Shown here in pieces: positions 18,910 through 28,662 of a stretch of 42,615 nt of DNA. The notes below the pieces were generated by a model. The model saw only the letters and a list, made by a program, of their open reading frames with translations. It made no database searches and had not been told where the DNA came from. The stretch lies in NCBI GenBank assembly GCA_051747805.1, contig JBNJGP010000009.1, forward strand, positions 2,153 to 44,767. The letters are read 5' to 3'. The DNA is from Candidatus Muiribacteriota bacterium. Lineage in GTDB: Bacteria > Muiribacteriota > Muiribacteriia > Muiribacteriales > Muiribacteriaceae. Position 1 is the first letter of the stretch, and every line of letters begins with the position of its first letter. The translations under genes and the position numbers were made by a program.

Positions 18910-19884
18910 ATGTTAAGGAAGAAGGCTGTTGAAATAATTCAACTTGAGGCAGAAAGTATAAATAATCTTATAGATAATCTTGATTCAAATTTTACACGTG
19001 CAACAGAACTTATACTGCAATGTGCGGGCAGAGTGGTTGTCACTGGTATGGGCAAAAGTGGTCTTATTGGTAAAAAAATTACCGCCACATTAGCTTCAAC
19101 AGGAAGTCCGTCTTTTTTTATGCATCCCGCCGAGGCTATTCATGGTGATCTTGGAATGCTTAAAAAAGAGGATATTCTACTTGCTATCTCAAATAGCGGA
19201 GAAACTGATGAAGTAATAAAAATGCTTCCCTATGCTAAAACTCATGGAATAAGGGTTATTGGCATAACCGGAAATAAGAATTCCTATCTTGCAAGAAATT
19301 CAGATTATTTTCTTAATACCTATGTTAAAAAAGAAGCTGGAATTATAGGGCTGGCACCGACTTGTTCCACAACCGCACAGCTTGTAATGGGAGATGCTCT
19401 TGCAATTACAGTATCTGAGCTAAAGAATTTCAGGGCAAAGGACTTTGCACAGCTTCATCCAGGAGGAACACTTGGGCGTAAGTTGCTTGGCTCTGTAAGG
19501 GAAGTTATGCATAAAGGTAATAATGTTCCCAAAGTATCAGTTAATGTTTCACTTGGTGAGGCAATCATTGAAATTACAGCCAAACGTCTGGGCTCCACTT
19601 TAATTGTAGAAAAAAATAAAGTTAAAGGTATTATAACAGATGGAGATTTAAGACGTGTTATTTTAAGAAATAAAAATAAAAATTTATGCGAGCTTAATAT
19701 TAAAGAAGTTATGGTTAAAGACCCTGTTACAATAAATGAAAATACTTTAATAGCAAATGCCCTTGAAATTATGGAAAAAAAACAGATAACTTCACTGGCC
19801 GTAACTGATAATGAAAATAATCTTGAAGGAATCGTACATTTACATGATTTATTAGGCCGTGGTAATATTAAGATGTCAATTTAA
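18910..19884 (+). CDS. kdsD: Arabinose-5-phosphate isomerase (KpsF/GutQ, SIS+CBS)
   Basis: TGMGKSG, HPAEAIHGDLG, HPGGTLG, TDGDLRR. Confidence 0.95.
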   Translation: MLRKKAVEIIQLEAESINNLIDNLDSNFTRATELILQCAGRVVVTGMGKSGLIGKKITATLASTGSPSFFMHPAEAIHGDLGMLKKEDILLAISNSGETDEVIKMLPYAKTHGIRVIGITGNKNSYLARNSDYFLNTYVKKEAGIIGLAPTCSTTAQLVMGDALAITVSELKNFRAKDFAQLHPGGTLGRKLLGSVREVMHKGNNVPKVSVNVSLGEAIIEITAKRLGSTLIVEKNKVKGIITDGDLRRVILRNKNKNLCELNIKEVMVKDPVTINENTLIANALEIMEKKQITSLAVTDNENNLEGIVHLHDLLGRGNIKMSI

Positions 19885-19910
19885 GATAAGAAAAAAAATT
19901 GGAGTATATC

Positions 19911-21629
19911 ATGAAAAACAGCTTATTGTTAACAGGAAACGAGGCAATCGCCCGTGGTGCCTGGGAAGCCGGTGTTCAAACTGCTACAGCTTATCCAGGA
20001 ACGCCCTCAACCGAAATACTTGAGGCAATAAAAAATTATAGAGATATTTATTCAGAATGGAGTGTGAACGAGAAGGTAGCCTATGAAGTCGCCTATGGAG
20101 CTGCCGTTGCGGGGAAAAGAGCTATTGTTTCAATGAAACAGGTTGGGTTGAATGTTGCAGCAGACCCTTTTTTTACCTCATCCTATACAGGCGTTAATGC
20201 GGGTTTTGTTATTATAACGGCAGATGAACCCGGTGTTTTCAGCTCACAGAATGAGCAGGATAATCGAAATTATGCTCATATGGCTAAATTACCTATGCTT
20301 GAACCGTCAGATTCAGAGGAATGCCGTATTTTTGTTAAAGAGGCATTTGAGATTTCTGAAAAATTCGATACTCCGGTTATTGTACGCCTTACAACAAGAA
20401 TATGTCACACTCATTCAATAGTGTTACCAGAAGAAAGAAAGGAAGTTGCAAAAAAAACTTATAAAAAAAATTCTCAGAAACGTGCAATGATTCCAATTTA
20501 TGCTCTTAAAAGACACGAAGTTGTAGAAAATAGACTAAAAGAACTGCAGACATTTTCCTCAAACATAAGTTTAAATAAAGTTGTTAACGAAGAAAAAAAA
20601 TCTAATAAATCCTTAATAATTACATCTGGAATGGCTTTTAATCATGTTATGGAAAATGGGCCTGATTCTCCAGTTTTAAAACTGGGAATGAGCTATCCAT
20701 TACCGCTGGATTTTATAGCAGAAATTATAGATAAATTTGATAAAATTATTGTTGTTGAAGAAAATGATGATTTTTTATATAGCTTCTTGAAACAGAATTT
20801 CTGCTCCAAAAAAATAGTTAAAAAAGATGAATTCTTTATTATAAATGAGCTTAATCCTGTAAAAGTAAAACATATTTTAGATGAAAAAGTTGAAAAAAAA
20901 GAGCTTGATCTTCCAGAATTGCCGCCAAGACCTCCACAGATGTGTCCGGGCTGCCCTCATAGAGCACCTTTTTATCTACTGTCTAAACATAAGATTGCAG
21001 TTACAGGTGATATTGGCTGTTATGGGCTTGGAGTTCTTCCGCCTTTTTCTTCAATGGATACAATTCTTTGTATGGGAGCCTCAGTATCTATGGCGCACGG
21101 ATTTAATCTGGGCGGGGAAAAGGCTGTTGGTGTAATAGGAGATTCAACATTTTTTCACACAGGCATAAATAGTTTGATTAACACTTATTATAACAAAGGT
21201 CTTTCCACAGTTATAATACTGGATAATTCAATTACAGCCATGACTGGTGGACAAATAAATCCAGCTTCAACAGACGATTCTGTTCAGAATGTTTCTATTG
21301 AATCACTTGTTAAAGCCATTGGAATTTCTTATGTAAAAACAATAAATTCATTTAATGTAAAACAAATTGAAAAAGAAATACTTGATTCTGAAAAAAATGA
21401 CGAATTAAGGGTATTGATTATAAAAAACCCATGTATATTTATTAAAAAGAAAACAAAAATTACTCCAAAAAGTGTTGAGCGTGAAAAATGCATTAACTGT
21501 AAACTTTGTTTGAAAGTCGGTTGTCCGGCAATAACAGTTAATGATGATGGGGATGTTGTCATACTTCCGGAATTTTGTCAGTCATGTTCTGTGTGTATGC
21601 AAATTTGTCCGAAAGGAGCCATAAAATGA
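19911..21629 (+). CDS. iorA: Indolepyruvate:ferredoxin oxidoreductase alpha subunit (start ATG 19911)
   Basis: GNEAIARG, YPGTPSTE, SSQNEQD, CPGCPH, GDIGC, GDSTFFH, C-terminal ferredoxin motifs. Confidence 0.95.
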   Translation: MKNSLLLTGNEAIARGAWEAGVQTATAYPGTPSTEILEAIKNYRDIYSEWSVNEKVAYEVAYGAAVAGKRAIVSMKQVGLNVAADPFFTSSYTGVNAGFVIITADEPGVFSSQNEQDNRNYAHMAKLPMLEPSDSEECRIFVKEAFEISEKFDTPVIVRLTTRICHTHSIVLPEERKEVAKKTYKKNSQKRAMIPIYALKRHEVVENRLKELQTFSSNISLNKVVNEEKKSNKSLIITSGMAFNHVMENGPDSPVLKLGMSYPLPLDFIAEIIDKFDKIIVVEENDDFLYSFLKQNFCSKKIVKKDEFFIINELNPVKVKHILDEKVEKKELDLPELPPRPPQMCPGCPHRAPFYLLSKHKIAVTGDIGCYGLGVLPPFSSMDTILCMGASVSMAHGFNLGGEKAVGVIGDSTFFHTGINSLINTYYNKGLSTVIILDNSITAMTGGQINPASTDDSVQNVSIESLVKAIGISYVKTINSFNVKQIEKEILDSEKNDELRVLIIKNPCIFIKKKTKITPKSVEREKCINCKLCLKVGCPAITVNDDGDVVILPEFCQSCSVCMQICPKGAIK

Positions 21630-22204
21630 CAAAAAATATTTTAATTGCAGGTGTTGGCGGACAGGGAATAATTACAACAAGTAAAATAATATCTTCTGCA
21701 CTTTTTCAGGCAGGCTTTGATGTAAAAAAATCCGAAATACATGGTCTTTCACAGAGAGGAGGGAGTGTAACAAGTATGATAAGATTCGGAGAAAAAGTTT
21801 ATTCCCCGATTATTCCAGATTATCAGGCAGATTATTTAGTTTCTCTGGAAGAACTTGAAACTCTGAGATATCTGCATATGTGTAATGAAAAAACTGAGTT
21901 TATTATTTCCAAAAATAAATCTGTTCCAATCTCGGTTTCGGCCGGCAAGTTTTTGTATCCTGAAAATATAACAGAAATCCTCAAAAAAAACGGATTCCAA
22001 AAAATTCATTATGTAAACGCTTATGAAAAAGCAATAAATAAATTTAAAAACCCTAAATTTGCAAATACAATTTTAACTGGAATTTTATCAGAAATTGTAC
22101 AGATAAATAAACAGAACTGGGAAAAAGCAATTAAAGAAAATATAAAAGAAAAATATCAAAAACAGAATCTTGAAGCATTCGGTGAAGGAGAAGAATTAAT
22201 ATGA
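21626..22204 (+). CDS. iorB: Indolepyruvate:ferredoxin oxidoreductase beta subunit (start ATG 21626)
   Basis: AGVGGQG, SEIHGLSQRGGSV; ATGA overlap with iorA. Confidence 0.93.
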   Translation: MTKNILIAGVGGQGIITTSKIISSALFQAGFDVKKSEIHGLSQRGGSVTSMIRFGEKVYSPIIPDYQADYLVSLEELETLRYLHMCNEKTEFIISKNKSVPISVSAGKFLYPENITEILKKNGFQKIHYVNAYEKAINKFKNPKFANTILTGILSEIVQINKQNWEKAIKENIKEKYQKQNLEAFGEGEELI

Positions 22205-23433
22205 ATTTGGGATTAGAAAATTTTATATCAATTTTAGGAATTTTTGTACTACTTGGAATAGCATATGCTTTCTCATCCAACAGAAAACACATAAACTGGC
22301 GTTTAGTTTTATGGGGAATCGGGCTTCAGCTTATATTTGCCATTATTATTTTATGGACAACACCCGGAAAATTATTTTTTGAATGGGTTAAGAATGTTGT
22401 AAATCGTATTTTAAGCTTTACACATGAGGGAAGTGAATTTCTGTTTGGTTCGCTGGTTGCAGATACCTCTTCCTTTGGATATATATTTGCTTTTAATGTG
22501 CTTCCGACAATTATATTTTTCTCATCTTTTATGGCGGTGCTTTATCATCTTGGTATTATGCAGAAAATAGTTGTGTTAATGGCAAAAATAATGACAAAAA
22601 CTATGAAAGCCTCAGGTAGCGAATCTCTGGCAGTTGCGGCAAACGTTTTTGTAGGACAGACAGAGGCGCCACTGGTTGTAAAACCATATATAAAATCCAT
22701 GACTTCTTCTGAGATAATGACCCTGATGACAGGTGGTATGGCGACTGTTGCGGGTGGAGTTATGGCTGCTTATGTTGGAATGGGTGTAGATGCCGGCCAT
22801 CTTCTGGCCGCAAGTATTATGTCAGCTCCTGCTGCAATTGTTATGGCTAAACTTCTTATTCCGGAAACAGAAGAATCTAAAACAAAGGCTGGAGCTAAAA
22901 TATCTTTAGAAAATAAATACTCAAATGTAATTGACGCTGCCGCGCAGGGAGCTTCTGACGGATTATATCTTGCAATAAATGTTGCGGCAATGCTGCTTGC
23001 TTTTATAGCTTTAATTGCAATGCTCAATTTCGCTATAAATGAGGTCTCAATGCTCATTTTTAACACACCGTTATCGCTGGAAATTATGCTTTCCTGGGTT
23101 TTTGCACCTATTGCCTGGTTAATGGGAGTTCCTTCGCAGGATGTTTTTAAAATTGGTGAGCTGCTTGGAGTAAAAGTTGTTTTAAATGAATTTGTTGCTT
23201 ATGCTAATTTTCATGAAATAATGGGAGAACTTTCAGAACGTTCTCAGGTGATTGCAACCTATGCACTTTGTGGTTTTGCAAATTTTGCCTCTATAGCTAT
23301 TCAAATTGGTGGTATAGGAACAATTGCTCCAGAAAAAAAACATTTTCTTGCAAAAATCGGACTGAAAGCAATGTTTGGTGGATTGCTTGCAACCTTGTTA
23401 ACTGCAACAATTGCCGGAATTATTTATGTATAA
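22201..23433 (+). CDS. nupC: Concentrative nucleoside transporter (CNT, NupC family)
   Basis: FVGQTEAPL, GGMATVAG, NEFVAY, YALCGFAN. Confidence 0.92.
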   Translation: MNLGLENFISILGIFVLLGIAYAFSSNRKHINWRLVLWGIGLQLIFAIIILWTTPGKLFFEWVKNVVNRILSFTHEGSEFLFGSLVADTSSFGYIFAFNVLPTIIFFSSFMAVLYHLGIMQKIVVLMAKIMTKTMKASGSESLAVAANVFVGQTEAPLVVKPYIKSMTSSEIMTLMTGGMATVAGGVMAAYVGMGVDAGHLLAASIMSAPAAIVMAKLLIPETEESKTKAGAKISLENKYSNVIDAAAQGASDGLYLAINVAAMLLAFIALIAMLNFAINEVSMLIFNTPLSLEIMLSWVFAPIAWLMGVPSQDVFKIGELLGVKVVLNEFVAYANFHEIMGELSERSQVIATYALCGFANFASIAIQIGGIGTIAPEKKHFLAKIGLKAMFGGLLATLLTATIAGIIYV

Positions 23434-23463
23434 AAATTATGCCTTAAAAAAAGGAAAATTAAA

Positions 23464-23736
23464 ATGAAAAACGATAGAAAGGTACATTCTCCCGATAATA
23501 TTTTATTTACACAGACAGGTGATGAGATTGTTCTTCTTGACCTTGTTTCTGGGAAATACTTTTCTTTGAACTCAACTGCTGCTGATATTTATATTATGTT
23601 TGTAAAAGAAGAGTTAACGTATGGACAAGTTGTTGAACAATTAATGACAAAATATGATAATACAAACAGAGAACAAGTTGAAAAAGATGTTGACGAACTT
23701 ATTTCTGATTTAAAAAAATCCGGTATTTTCAGCTAG
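23464..23736 (+). CDS. Stand-alone PqqD-family / RiPP recognition element (RRE) protein
   Basis: 90 aa; DEIVLLDLVSGKYFSLNSTAADIY...L..KYD....QVEKDVDELISDLKKSGI matches the 3-strand/3-helix RRE pattern; AAGGA SD. Confidence 0.88.
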   Translation: MKNDRKVHSPDNILFTQTGDEIVLLDLVSGKYFSLNSTAADIYIMFVKEELTYGQVVEQLMTKYDNTNREQVEKDVDELISDLKKSGIFS

Positions 23737-23756
23737 AAAAAAGTTTATTTGAATTA

Positions 23757-23844
23757 CTTTTATTATCGGCTCCCATCGGCTCCTATCGGCCTCTTACTTC
23801 TCACTTCTCACCTCTCACGGCTCCTATCTGCTTCTATCGGCTTA
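23757..23844 (-). repeat. Dispersed repeat copy B: 10-mers (tatcggctcc-type) plus four TCTCACY-type heptamers
   Basis: 10-mers at 23764, 23774, 23784, 23825, 23835; heptamers at 23792-23819. Confidence 0.9.
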
Positions 23845-23994
23845 AAATTATATTACTTCAAAAATCACAAAAACCCGCTTTATTAAGAGGATTATAATCT
23901 TTATTGGGTTTAGTTTACATACTGAAGTACTGTCATTATTTTTTAACATACGCTCTTAGATTTTTTTGTGATTTTATTTCGTAATAAATTTTAA
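23842..23994. mobile_element. MITE-like foldback element with ~32-bp imperfect terminal inverted repeats
   Basis: Arms 23842-23873 and 23963-23994; perfect 13-bp core aaaatcacaaaaa/tttttgtgatttt, plus tattac/gtaata and ttaaaatt/aattttaa. Confidence 0.45.
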
Positions 23995-24058
23995 TCTCTT
24001 GCTCTAATCTGCTTCTATCGTCTCACTTCTCACTTCTCACCTCTCACTTCTCACGGCT
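23987..24058 (-). repeat. Dispersed repeat copy C: degenerate 10-mers plus five TCTCACN heptamers
   Basis: tctcact tctcact tctcacc tctcact tctcacg at 24021-24055; aattttaatctcttgctct resembles the reverse complement of copy A. Confidence 0.9.
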
Positions 24059-24111
24059 TTTTTTTCTTGTTTTATAGAGATACTGCCACTGTTTCAGTTT
24101 TATTTTTATTA

Positions 24112-24126
24112 TGTTAAAATATGAAG
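24112..24126 (+). promoter_or_regulatory. Extended -10 promoter, likely leaderless transcript
   Basis: TGtTAAAAT 24112-24120, 6 nt, ATG 24127; no SD. Confidence 0.55.
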
Positions 24127-25050
24127 ATGGAAAAAATTCTGGTTGGACATACTGGTTTTGTTGGTTCAAATATAGCCTTTCAAACTGATTTTAATGGTTT
24201 ATTTAATTCAAAAAACATTGGTAAAGCCCGTGGTATAAAACCTCAACTAATGGTTTATGCTGGAGTTCCTGGTGAAAAGTTTATTGCAAACAAAAACGAA
24301 AAAAATGATTTAAAAAAAATAAATCAGGCTATTTCTAATATAAAAAAAATTCAAGCCCAGAAAGTTGTGCTTATATCCACTGTTGATGTTTATACAACTC
24401 CTTTTAAAGTAGACGAAAATTCAAAAATCAATTATAAAAACAACTCTCCTTATGGCAAAAACAGATATATACTTGAGGAATGGATAAAAAACAACCTTAA
24501 TAACTATCATATAATCAGATTACCCGCGCTTTTTGGAAAAAAATTAAAAAAGAATTTTGTATTTGATTTAATTAATCCAGTACCTGCTTTTTTAAAAGAG
24601 GATATTTTTATAAAATTGAAGAAAAAAAATAGTTATATAAACAATTTATACAAAAAATTTGATAATGGGTTCTATAAATGTTCAGCCTTTAAAGAAGAAG
24701 AAAAATTTATTTTAAGAGAGTTTTTTAACAAAAATGATTTTAACTCCCTGAACTTTACCGACAGCAGAAGTGAGTTTCAATTTTATCCGCTTGAATATTT
24801 ATGGAATCATATAAAAAAAGCTGTGGAGAAAAATATAAAAATTTTAAACATTACAACAGAACCTGTAAGCGCAGATAATATTTTTGAGTTTGTCTATGGT
24901 AAAAAATTTCAAAACTACCTGAATTCAACCGTTAAATATAATGTTAAATCAGTTTATTCCAAAGAATTTGGCGGTTCTGAAGGTTACTTTTTTAAAAAAG
25001 ATTTTGTTTTAAACAAATTAAAGGAATTTATAAAAAATAGATTAAAATGA
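24127..25050 (+). CDS. NAD(P)-dependent epimerase/dehydratase-like protein (start 24127 or 24121)
   Basis: LVGHTGFVGS Rossmann motif, LISTVDVY, YGKNR (Arg in place of the YxxxK Lys), IIRLPALFG. Confidence 0.82.
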   Translation: MEKILVGHTGFVGSNIAFQTDFNGLFNSKNIGKARGIKPQLMVYAGVPGEKFIANKNEKNDLKKINQAISNIKKIQAQKVVLISTVDVYTTPFKVDENSKINYKNNSPYGKNRYILEEWIKNNLNNYHIIRLPALFGKKLKKNFVFDLINPVPAFLKEDIFIKLKKKNSYINNLYKKFDNGFYKCSAFKEEEKFILREFFNKNDFNSLNFTDSRSEFQFYPLEYLWNHIKKAVEKNIKILNITTEPVSADNIFEFVYGKKFQNYLNSTVKYNVKSVYSKEFGGSEGYFFKKDFVLNKLKEFIKNRLK

Positions 25051-25835
25051 AGCTTTCGATTTCAAATATTGCGTGGGAAAAAAAGCATGATATACTTATT
25101 TTTAATTATTTAAAAAAAAAGAAGTTTAAAAGTATTGAAGTTGCTCCCTGCCGAATTTTTGAAAATTCACCCTATTCTAAATTATCACAAATTTCTAAGT
25201 ATTCCATTTTTTTAAAAAAGAAATATAACCTTGAAATATGCTCTGTACAATCTATATGGACTGGAAGAAAAGAAAAATTATTTAAATCCAATTCCGAACG
25301 TAAATTTTTACTTAATTATTCAAAAAAAGCAATTGATTTTGCCTCCCATGCAGGAGCCCATAACATTGTATTAGGCTCTCCTGCAAACAGGTATATGTAC
25401 GACAAATCTCAGTTTGAGATGGCCTCTGATTTCTTTAACTCTCTTGGAGAATATGCATTAAAAAGAAATATTTTTTTTTCCATAGAACCTAATCCAGTAA
25501 TTTATAATACAAATTTTATAAACACTACACATGAAGCTTTTGAATTTGTTAAAAAAGTAAATAGTAAAGGAATTAAAGTAAATGTTGATACAGGAACAAT
25601 GATTTGTAATAACGAAGATATAGATGTTTTAAATAATAATTTTTTCTTAATAAACCATGTTCATATAAGCGAACCTTATTTAAAATTAATAAAGAAAAGA
25701 AAATTTCACAAAAAGCTTTCTGATTTTTTAAAGAAAAAAAAATATAATAAATTTGTTTCAGTTGAAATGAAAAATTTCAACTCTATAAACAGCGTTTATA
25801 AAACAATTGATTATGTAAAAGAGGTATTTGATTGA
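25047..25835 (+). CDS. Sugar phosphate isomerase/epimerase, xylose isomerase-like TIM barrel
   Basis: MKLSISNIAW, IEVAP, LGSP, IEPNP, VDTG, HVHISEP, SVEM. Confidence 0.85.
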   Translation: MKLSISNIAWEKKHDILIFNYLKKKKFKSIEVAPCRIFENSPYSKLSQISKYSIFLKKKYNLEICSVQSIWTGRKEKLFKSNSERKFLLNYSKKAIDFASHAGAHNIVLGSPANRYMYDKSQFEMASDFFNSLGEYALKRNIFFSIEPNPVIYNTNFINTTHEAFEFVKKVNSKGIKVNVDTGTMICNNEDIDVLNNNFFLINHVHISEPYLKLIKKRKFHKKLSDFLKKKKYNKFVSVEMKNFNSINSVYKTIDYVKEVFD

Positions 25836-26608
25836 AAGAAAAATCCATTTATAAAAAATTTGAATTTAAAAAAAAATATAATAAATATTGTATTTGTATT
25901 CCTGTTTTAAATGAAAATATAAGAATAAAAAAACAAATAAAAAAGCTTTATAAATTTAATATTTTTTGCTTTGCTGATATAATTATTTGCGACGGAAATT
26001 CAACTGATAATAGTAATAATACAAATTTTTTAAAAAAGTTTGAAGTTAACACTTTACTTATATTAAAAAAAAATCCCGGACAGTCAAATCAGCTTAGAAT
26101 GGGATTTTTGTTTGCATTAAAAAGGGGTTACAGGGGTATAATTACTGTTGATGGTAATAACAAAGATAGTATTGAAAATATTATAGATTTTATAAAAAAA
26201 CTTGATATGGGATATGATTTTGTACAGGGTTCCAGATTTATTAAAGGAGGCAAAGCTATAAACACTCCCTTTTTTAGAAAAATAGCGATTAAATATATCC
26301 ACTCACCTTTAATCAATATGTTTTCTGATTTCAAATTTACCGATACTACCAACGGTTTCAGAGCTTATTCAAGAAAATATTTAACACACATTGATGTAAA
26401 ACCTTTAAGAAAAATTTTTAAAACCTATGAGCTCATAACTTATTTAACTTTGAGAGCTTCGCAGCTTAATCTTAAAATCTGTGAAATTCCAGTAAAAAGA
26501 AAATACCCATTAAAACAAAAAATTCCTACTAAAATTAGTTTCATAAAAGGAAATTTAAAAATTTTTATGTGTTTAATTAAAACTTTAAAAGGGAGTTTTA
26601 ACCCGTGA
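25832..26608 (+). CDS. Glycosyltransferase family 2 (polyprenol-phosphate glycosyltransferase/DPM1-like)
   Basis: CIPVLNE, DGNSTD, TVDGNNKD, VQGSRF, TDTTNGFRAY; TTGA overlap. Confidence 0.88.
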   Translation: MKEKSIYKKFEFKKKYNKYCICIPVLNENIRIKKQIKKLYKFNIFCFADIIICDGNSTDNSNNTNFLKKFEVNTLLILKKNPGQSNQLRMGFLFALKRGYRGIITVDGNNKDSIENIIDFIKKLDMGYDFVQGSRFIKGGKAINTPFFRKIAIKYIHSPLINMFSDFKFTDTTNGFRAYSRKYLTHIDVKPLRKIFKTYELITYLTLRASQLNLKICEIPVKRKYPLKQKIPTKISFIKGNLKIFMCLIKTLKGSFNP

Positions 26609-27726
26609 ATTTTGATAGAATTATTTTAGGTGGTGGAATTTATGGACTTTATTCTGCTATTTTTTCTGCCCGAAATAATAAAAGTATTCTTGTACTTGAA
26701 TATGAAGAAAAAACATTTGGGCGTGCCACTTCTATAAATCAGTCACGACTTCATATGGGTTATCATTATCCAAGATCTATTTCTACAGCCTTAAAATCAG
26801 CCCAGTATTTTGATAGATTCTATTGTGATTTCAAAGACGCAATTAACGATTCATTCACTAAAATTTATGGTATATCCTCATCTTTTTCCTGGACAAACTC
26901 TTATCAGTTTGAAAAATTCTGCAATTGTTCAAATATACCATGTAATCAGATAAATACCGAAAAATACTTTAAAAAAGAACTCTGCGAAGGAGTTTTTATT
27001 ACTAAAGAATATACTGTTGATTTTAATATACTTCATTCTATATTTAAGCAAAAAATAAAAGAACTTCCACAAATTAAAATTATTAATGGGGCAAAATTAA
27101 AACAAATAAAAAAATTAAAAGATAAATATGAAATAATTCTTGAAAGCGGCGAGGTTTTTTCTTCCGATTTTGTTATAAATACAACATACGCCTCAATTAA
27201 TCAGATACATGAAAAATCCGGTTTTGCTCCCTTTGATATAAAATATGAGCTGTGTGAAATAATTCTTGTCAAAACAGAGGATAATTTATTAAAAAATACA
27301 GGCATTACTCTTATGGACGGTCCGTTCTTTTCAATAATACCTTTTGGCAAAAGTAATTTTCATGCCCTCACCTCAGTATCGTTTACACCTCATAAAGTTA
27401 GTTTTGAAAAACTACCAACATTTGAATGTCAGAAAAACATTGCAGACTACTGCAATCCGCTTCAGCTAGGGAACTGTAATAATTGTATTAATAAACCCGC
27501 GACTGCCTGGCCTTATATGAGGAAACTGGCCCATAAATACTTAAAAAATAATCTTAAATTTGAATATTATGACTCTATTTTTGCAGTTAAACCTGTGCTA
27601 AAATCATCAGAAATTGATGATTCAAGACCTACGCTTATTAAATATTTATCCCAGAAACCATATTTTTTAAGTGTATTATCTGGTAAAATTAATACAATAT
27701 ACGATCTTGAGTTGAGGCTTAAATGA
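26605..27726 (+). CDS. FAD-dependent oxidoreductase
   Basis: IILGGGIYG, ATSINQSRLHMGYHYPRS, MDGPFFS, SGKI; Cys cluster CQ..YC..NCNNC. Confidence 0.85.
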   Translation: MNFDRIILGGGIYGLYSAIFSARNNKSILVLEYEEKTFGRATSINQSRLHMGYHYPRSISTALKSAQYFDRFYCDFKDAINDSFTKIYGISSSFSWTNSYQFEKFCNCSNIPCNQINTEKYFKKELCEGVFITKEYTVDFNILHSIFKQKIKELPQIKIINGAKLKQIKKLKDKYEIILESGEVFSSDFVINTTYASINQIHEKSGFAPFDIKYELCEIILVKTEDNLLKNTGITLMDGPFFSIIPFGKSNFHALTSVSFTPHKVSFEKLPTFECQKNIADYCNPLQLGNCNNCINKPATAWPYMRKLAHKYLKNNLKFEYYDSIFAVKPVLKSSEIDDSRPTLIKYLSQKPYFLSVLSGKINTIYDLELRLK

Positions 27727-28658
27727 AAAAATTAAAAGAAAATAATTTTATATCCGCAGTAATTTATATAAACAACAATGAAAAAACAATTAACTATTTT
27801 TTAAACACAATCCATAATGTGTTTGAAAATAATTTTGAAAATTTTGAATTTATTTTTGTAAACGACTGCTGTAATGATAAAACAGTAGAACTTATTAAAG
27901 ACTTTTGCAAGACAAAAAACTTACACTGTATAAGAATAATTAACCTGAGCGTTTTTCAGGGTATTGAAATTGCTATGAATGCTGGCGTTGATTTAGCAAT
28001 TGGAGACTTTGTCTTTGAGTTTGATTCAGTTTTGGTTGATTATGAAAAAGAAAAAATTTTTCAACTTTATATAAAATCTCTTGAAGGAAATGATATAGTT
28101 TCAGCATGTCCAGAAACTAAAGTTTTATTTACCTCAAAAATTTTTTATAAAATATTTAATCTTTTTTCCAAAGCAAAATATAATATCAGAACAGAAAGAT
28201 TCAGGGTTCTATCAAGGAGGGCTATAAACCGTGTAGGTGCAATCAGCAAAACTATTACCTACAGAAAGGCTGTTTATGCAAACTGCGGATTAAAAATTAC
28301 CCACATTATGTATGAACCTCTTAAAACTGAAACTAAAATTGATAAATCCAGGTTCAATCATAGAAAAGAAAGGGCTCTTGACTCTTTAATTCTTTTTACA
28401 AATATAGCTTATAAAATTTCAATGACTCTAACGCTTGGCCTTTTAGCATTCACTACAATTGCAGGAATTTATACTTTCACCATGTATGTCAGTGACTTCA
28501 GACCAATTGAGGGCTGGACAACTACTATGATTGTTTTAACAGGTGGATTTTCCGGGGTTTTCTTGATTCTGGCCGTAATTATAAAATATTTATCTATTTT
28601 AGTTGAGCTTGTTCTTAAAAAACAGAGTTATATGATTGAATCTATTGAAAAGCTGTAG
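27723..28658 (+). CDS. GtrB/ArnC-like GT2 with two C-terminal TM helices, degenerate motifs
   Basis: FEFIFVNDCCND, AMNAGVD.A.GD, GWTT, two TM segments; FDSV at the usual DxD position. Confidence 0.8.
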   Translation: MKKLKENNFISAVIYINNNEKTINYFLNTIHNVFENNFENFEFIFVNDCCNDKTVELIKDFCKTKNLHCIRIINLSVFQGIEIAMNAGVDLAIGDFVFEFDSVLVDYEKEKIFQLYIKSLEGNDIVSACPETKVLFTSKIFYKIFNLFSKAKYNIRTERFRVLSRRAINRVGAISKTITYRKAVYANCGLKITHIMYEPLKTETKIDKSRFNHRKERALDSLILFTNIAYKISMTLTLGLLAFTTIAGIYTFTMYVSDFRPIEGWTTTMIVLTGGFSGVFLILAVIIKYLSILVELVLKKQSYMIESIEKL

Positions 28659-28662
28659 CAAA

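Noticed and set aside
23464..23736. PQQ biosynthesis or lasso peptide cluster
   Set aside because: No pqqA/B/C/E, asparagine-synthetase-like cyclase or transglutaminase-like peptidase in the window
23749..23950. Small ORFs in the RRE-cassette spacer (a ~45-codon TTG ORF on + and a 33-aa ORF on -) as precursors
   Set aside because: No SD; they read through repeat or foldback DNA and show no leader/core pattern
23757..24058. CRISPR array
   Set aside because: Units are 7-10 nt and tandem, with no unique spacers of constant length and no cas genes
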